Assembly (NCBI GenBank): GCA_963844965.1
Contig: CAWJQC010000004.1
Span: 1 to 64,000 of the forward strand
Origin: an uncultured bacterium
GTDB lineage: Bacteria; Patescibacteriota; Minisyncoccia; UBA6257; 2-01-FULL-56-20
Direction: 5' to 3'
DNA: 64,000 nt
The stretch's first letter is position 1. Each line of letters starts with the position of its first letter. Positions 59,750 to 64,000 of this stretch are shown here, piece by piece. The notes beneath the pieces are model-generated. The model ran no database searches. It was not told the origin of the DNA and was given only the letters and a program-made list of their open reading frames with translations. The position numbers and the translations under genes are program-made.

Positions 59750-59884
59750 TGAAATAGAAAATAGAATTTAGAAAGTAGAAAGTAGTAGGTAGTAGGAAGA
59801 AAAAACTGAAAATTTCTAAATTCTAATTTCTGATTTCTAAACAATTAAAATTATAACACAAAAGAAACAGCTGAAATTCCACGC

Positions 59885-60646
59885 TCAAATCTTGGTTAGT
59901 ATTCTTGTTCCCTGTTCTGTTATAGCAACCGTATGTTCCCAATGAGCGGATGGTGAGCCGTCGGCGGTGATAAAACTATCGTCGGCGAGCTGCTTTGTCG
60001 CCCCGGAGCCCATCGCTACCATCGGCTCAATCGCGAGCACCATTCCTGGCACAAGTTCTTCGCCTTCGCCTTTGCGGCCAAAATTCAGAACTTGCGGCTC
60101 TTCGTGAAGGTCGCGGCCGATACCGTGACCCGTGAGCGAACGAACGACCGAGAAACCATTTTTTGTCACGAACTTTTCAATAGCACAACCGATGTCCCCC
60201 ACCATTTTTCCAGGCCTCGCTTCCGCAATACCAATATTAAGTGCTTCTCTCGTGACGTGAATTAATTTCTGTGCTTCACGGCCGATAGCGCCAACGGGAA
60301 CGGTAATCGCCGAATCGGAATAAAATCCCTTGTATTTTAGTCCCAAATCCAATTTAAGAAGATCGCCGCTCTTCAGCGCGTAATCCGACGGCAACCCGTG
60401 CACGACAACGTCGTTCAGGGATGCGCAAATCGTAAATGGATATGGCTTTTCGGAGCCCGCTGGTCGGTAACCCAAAAACGCCGGCTCGGCTCCAGATTCT
60501 TTTATCAGCTTCTTCGCCAATTTGTCCAAAAAAATTGTGGTGACGCCCGCGCGGACCTCTTTCCTAAGCGCCTCAACAACCGAAGCGAGCCGCTGCCCAG
60601 CCTCGGCCATGATTTCAACCTCAGCGGGAGTTTTTATGGTGGTCAT
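59885..60646 (-). CDS. map: Methionine aminopeptidase, type I
   Basis: 253 aa; pita-bread fold metal ligands. Confidence 0.9.
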   Translation of the reverse strand: MTTIKTPAEVEIMAEAGQRLASVVEALRKEVRAGVTTIFLDKLAKKLIKESGAEPAFLGYRPAGSEKPYPFTICASLNDVVVHGLPSDYALKSGDLLKLDLGLKYKGFYSDSAITVPVGAIGREAQKLIHVTREALNIGIAEARPGKMVGDIGCAIEKFVTKNGFSVVRSLTGHGIGRDLHEEPQVLNFGRKGEGEELVPGMVLAIEPMVAMGSGATKQLADDSFITADGSPSAHWEHTVAITEQGTRILTKI

Positions 60647-61401
60647 TACGAAAACAAAACCCGATAAAAGTCCACTGAGCCGGCGGAGGCCTTCCTCACG
60701 GTGGTTTTTCTGCCGATGCCGCGCGTTCGCAGCATAATCGTACCAATTATCTTGTTGAGCACTTTATATGGCGCGGCTCTGGCGTTAATAACTTCCAGGT
60801 TGTAACCCAATTTATCCAAAATATTGAAAACCGGCTCGGTGCGATTCTTATACTCCTTAAGACGTACCTTGATCACCTCCGGTTTATCCAATGAACGTCT
60901 GTAAAAATTTCCGCCGCACACGGGGCAATACCTCGGCTTAACCTTGGGGTAATATTTCGCAAGCAGCGTGTAGCCGCAGGATTTACACACCATGCGGGCG
61001 CCGTTTCTCTTGATTGAATATTCTGCCGGCAGCCGCAACTCAAAAATAAATATATTCTCCCGGCCATAAAGCCGATCCAAAATCGGCATAAGCCGCTCGC
61101 CTTCGTAAACGGTGCGCGGCGAGCCGCTGAAAGCGACGCCGAATCCCGCCTGCGCGATCTTCGTGACCGCGTTCGCCACCTCGCGCGAAACAAAGCTCGG
61201 TGTCATCAAAATCCCGCCATCAAAAAGTTTCCGCTCGCGCTTTACAATTTTTTCTTTCTGCCGCGCCTGGTCGTGCACAACCGATTCCAAAAATTTTCCC
61301 GTGTCAAAATGAATCAGGTTCAGTTTTTGCGCCAATAAATTCGCCTGTGTTCCCTTACCCGAACCCGGCGGCCCGTAAATTATAATGGCGATTTTTTTCA
61401 T
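60646..61401 (-). CDS. adk: Adenylate kinase (long form with zinc-ribbon LID)
   Basis: IIIYGPPGSGKGTQ P-loop, CKSCG...CPVCGG LID; the adk-map gene order is typical of the end of the ribosomal protein operon. Confidence 0.9.
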   Translation of the reverse strand: MKKIAIIIYGPPGSGKGTQANLLAQKLNLIHFDTGKFLESVVHDQARQKEKIVKRERKLFDGGILMTPSFVSREVANAVTKIAQAGFGVAFSGSPRTVYEGERLMPILDRLYGRENIFIFELRLPAEYSIKRNGARMVCKSCGYTLLAKYYPKVKPRYCPVCGGNFYRRSLDKPEVIKVRLKEYKNRTEPVFNILDKLGYNLEVINARAAPYKVLNKIIGTIMLRTRGIGRKTTVRKASAGSVDFYRVLFS

Positions 61402-61526
61402 CCCGTTAGAGACAGGGAACGCTTCGCCAGTTAGACGAACCGCTATCTGTCATTATTATTTTTGATAAATGAAGTTGGTTTGTGTAAATTAAGCGTCCCC
61501 GTAGCGAAGCGGTCTCTAACGGGATT
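61400..61526. repeat. Inverted-repeat element of the ATCCCGTTAGAGAC family (copy C), about 127 bp, abutting the adk ATG
   Basis: atcccgttagagac at 61400-61413 and gtctctaacgggat at 61513-61526, with extended stem gcttcgc/gcgaagc. Confidence 0.7.
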
Positions 61527-61648
61527 CATGCACTTGAAACAATTCTAACACAAGATGCCCCTGCAATTTAAGGGGGATTTATGCACAGCAAATCGGCACA
61601 CGCCATGTCGCGACAAACAAAAACCCCGATTCTCATCGGGGATGCAAA

Positions 61649-62314
61649 CTATTCCGGCTCAATACCAAGAACATCGCAAACGGCGCAGAAAAGGCGCTCT
61701 TTCTTCTTTTTGAAACCTGTAGAATTATCAATTACCGTCAAATTTCTGTGTGGTCGCCAACCGGCGAGAATGCGCCGATCCAAAGCGCGGGCTTTTTTAG
61801 GGGTCTCGTATCTCACTTCGTTGCTTTTATTCCCATAATGCTTCTCTGCGCCCAACGCGGCCGTCACAAGGTGTATCACGGCGTCGTATCTCGTATAGAT
61901 GTCGTGAAGCAACATTTCCTTGTCTTTCAAAATCTTTTCCAATGAAACTAGACCGTCGTATCCAACCCGATCGACGATTCCACGATCGCACAAGATTACT
62001 ATATTTTCACGGGGCAAGGTTTTTGCCAAAACCTCAGTCCCGTCTTCAAGGGCTAGTTGCAAATCAACAATATATCTCCCCATAAGGAAAGAGGTGTGTG
62101 AATCTTCCGCAACAATTCTCTTTATGTCGTATGCGCCCGTGCCTATACCGAAAAGGATGGTTGCAGCTTCCGGAACGAGCAATGGTTGCCAACCAGCCGC
62201 CTTCAACTTTCTAACGACGTACTTTATTCCCAGCGTTTTTCCCGAACAAGGCCCACCGGTAATGGCAATCTTTATAATCCTTCCCATTTGCGACCTCCCG
62301 GAAGATAATTTCAA
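61649..62314 (-). CDS. P-loop NTPase (AAA_28 / NadR-kinase-like)
   Basis: IAITGGPCSGKTL Walker A. Confidence 0.5.
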   Translation of the reverse strand: MKLSSGRSQMGRIIKIAITGGPCSGKTLGIKYVVRKLKAAGWQPLLVPEAATILFGIGTGAYDIKRIVAEDSHTSFLMGRYIVDLQLALEDGTEVLAKTLPRENIVILCDRGIVDRVGYDGLVSLEKILKDKEMLLHDIYTRYDAVIHLVTAALGAEKHYGNKSNEVRYETPKKARALDRRILAGWRPHRNLTVIDNSTGFKKKKERLFCAVCDVLGIEPE

Positions 62315-62442
62315 TTTCGCTGCCTAAAATATATCAGAACCTTAAAATTTGTGCAACAAAAAGTTTTGTATGGTAGCGGTCAATGGACAACAACGTAGGA
62401 ATGATTTAGAATTTAGTCAGCATCACAAAATACGGGAGGTGG

Positions 62443-62801
62443 CAATGGCTACTAAGAAAAAATTCAGATTGACGAAGAAAGAGCGCACAAAACGGAATCC
62501 GAAAGGAAAAATTTCCCGCCGAATTGCCGAATTGCGCCGGAAATTTAAAAAATTTTCAAAGACGCCTACAGACAACGTGTCTATTCGTTCCTTGGTTCGC
62601 TCTAATATTAAGCGCAAGATTAAGATGCTGAACGACCACCTGAAGGGCAAGATTGATATTTTTGCCGAGATTGCGAACGAAAAACCCAAGACCGAAGTTC
62701 TGCGTTCGGCAGAGCAGCAATTATCTTTAGCTCAAATCAGGGTAGACACGCTCAAGAAAGAATTGCAGAGAATTGTCTGGCTCAAAGATTTGGTCGGTTA
62801 G
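62443..62801 (+). CDS. Hypothetical basic helical protein
   Basis: RBS gggaggtggcaATG; K/R-rich, about 119 aa. Confidence 0.4.
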
Positions 62802-62987
62802 ATGTGGAATTTACCAGACAAAATAACGGCGCCCCCTCGGCGCCGGATTTTTTTCGGCAGTTGCACATGCTTAGTTATCTAAATTTTCCCAATGCGGAGG
62901 CCATTGCCTCTCAAAAAAGAAAGGGCCGGATTATCCATCCGGACCCTGCGGCCTGCCGTGGCCGCTTCAAACCGGTCTCGCCCCGCC

Positions 62988-63422
62988 TCATTTGCCAACT
63001 TTCGGAGTGACGTCAGCCGCCGGAACGGCAAACTTGATCTCTTCTATGTCGCTGCCAAAGTCAGTACCAAGGTTATAGACAAACCTACCAACACATACCT
63101 GCTCTCCGACTACCATCTTCAACCCTGGTTTAACAGGAACAGAACGGATCCTGTCACGCTGACTCTTGATTGCGACCCTGTCGAGGCCGAGGACCCCATC
63201 AGGTATCACCTTCACGACGGTATAACGATAATCGTCAATGCCCTTGACATAGATGCGCAGGGACTCCCGACTGACGAGATCAATGTCTTTTTGTTCGCGC
63301 AACGCTTCTTGCTTGACGACATCGCGGGCGTGATCGTAGGCGGGTTGAGTTGCCCTCCAAACGATTCCCGCCAGAAGCAATACCGCAGAAATTAATAAAG
63401 CGACCGTAAAGTTCTTCCCCAT
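62988..63422 (-). CDS. Hypothetical membrane-anchored protein (N-terminal TM, beta-rich periplasmic domain)
   Basis: 144-aa ORF, TM ALLISAVLLLAGIV. Confidence 0.4.
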   Translation of the reverse strand: MGKNFTVALLISAVLLLAGIVWRATQPAYDHARDVVKQEALREQKDIDLVSRESLRIYVKGIDDYRYTVVKVIPDGVLGLDRVAIKSQRDRIRSVPVKPGLKMVVGEQVCVGRFVYNLGTDFGSDIEEIKFAVPAADVTPKVGK

Positions 63423-64000
63423 GTTTCTTCCCTCCGATTTGAGATACCCAACCAGAAAAAGCTGGGCTATAAGACCGAAAACTAGATTGTGCAGAACTAC
63501 TTATATGTTAGCATATAGTCAATAATAAGTCAAGTGCTTAAAAACGCTTGATTTTGTTGGCTAAAACGTACTTCGCCCTGCTATCAAGAAAGCGCACGGA
63601 GATTCTTCGCATGGCTCAGAATGACACCGGCTCTTTATAAAAAATCCGTTTTGCGCCAGCAAAACTCCTTATTTCCTACAGCATTGAGGGATGTTTCTTT
63701 GGAACCAGAAGCGGAGGCCGCGCAAAAATGAATGAGTGCGGCGAAGATTTTTAAAAGCCGATTTTGCCGTGAGGCAAAATCACCTTAAGCACTCGCAGAA
63801 GTTTTTGTTTCGCGAGGGTGTATCGCAGGAGCGAAGGCGACGAGATGCAGCGCGTTTTCAGCAGAAAACGACGCGACCATCGCGAAATAAAAACTGGAGC
63901 TACTCGATGCCCTCGTATTCGCGAACCGTCAGCTGCGAATCCACCTGCCTCATTGTCTCCAAGCGCTACCGCGACAACGATCAGAAGCGCCGTGCCCGAA

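Overview
This 64 kb window carries mostly minus-strand genes of a small-genome bacterium, probably from the Candidate Phyla Radiation (Patescibacteria/Parcubacteria); the points toward that lineage are listed below. Housekeeping genes present are smc, rnc, nusB, rpmF, rnhB, rnhA, cca, dut, aspS, lysS, greA, map, adk, dnaE, rplS, rpmE, rpmG, a class I release factor, macAB-type efflux genes, PiT, MgtC and two-component proteins, plus at least 7 tRNAs. The left 6 kb is a giant Kelch/Ig-like surface-protein gene that is broken into five or more frames. The same kind of break, usually a 1-nt indel at a short nucleotide run, also interrupts cca, the S53 peptidase, macA, the S1 protease, greA and rnhA, so the assembly probably carries homopolymer indel errors and disrupted genes should not automatically be called pseudogenes. 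Lineage pointers are archaeal-type short AspRS, a short SMC and DnaE, a 16S rRNA gene carrying intervening sequences, and a gene for an rRNA-IVS-family four-helix-bundle protein. The most unusual items are these. (1) The 16S rRNA gene carries two intervening sequences (IVS); the larger one is bounded by about 45-bp inverted repeats and contains, antisense to the rRNA, a complete mini transcription unit with a consensus sigma70 promoter, Shine-Dalgarno, a 63-aa ORF and an intrinsic terminator. (2) At two loci a complete tRNA gene (Pro-CGG, Thr-TGT) sits between a tRNA-like 5' fragment and a tRNA-like 3' fragment whose acceptor halves are complementary to each other. (3) Several families of short palindromic elements are scattered through the window. 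One 32-36 bp element is inserted in frame into aspS (twice), smc and cca as the peptide FSAEGGSASGGE, and a 20-bp CCTGCC..GGCAGG palindrome also lies in frame in two coding sequences. (4) An inverted-repeat element ATGAATCCCGTTAGAGAC / GTCTCTAACGGGATGAA overlaps the start codons of three genes, and one copy carries a GIY-YIG nuclease gene. (5) An IS3-family element with a programmed -1 frameshift lies next to a truncated YjbQ-family gene and an AT-rich foreign-looking oxidoreductase gene. (6) A 25-nt copy of the tRNA-Leu 5' end, about 0.9 kb from the intact gene, brackets a HAD hydrolase gene. No CRISPR array was seen.
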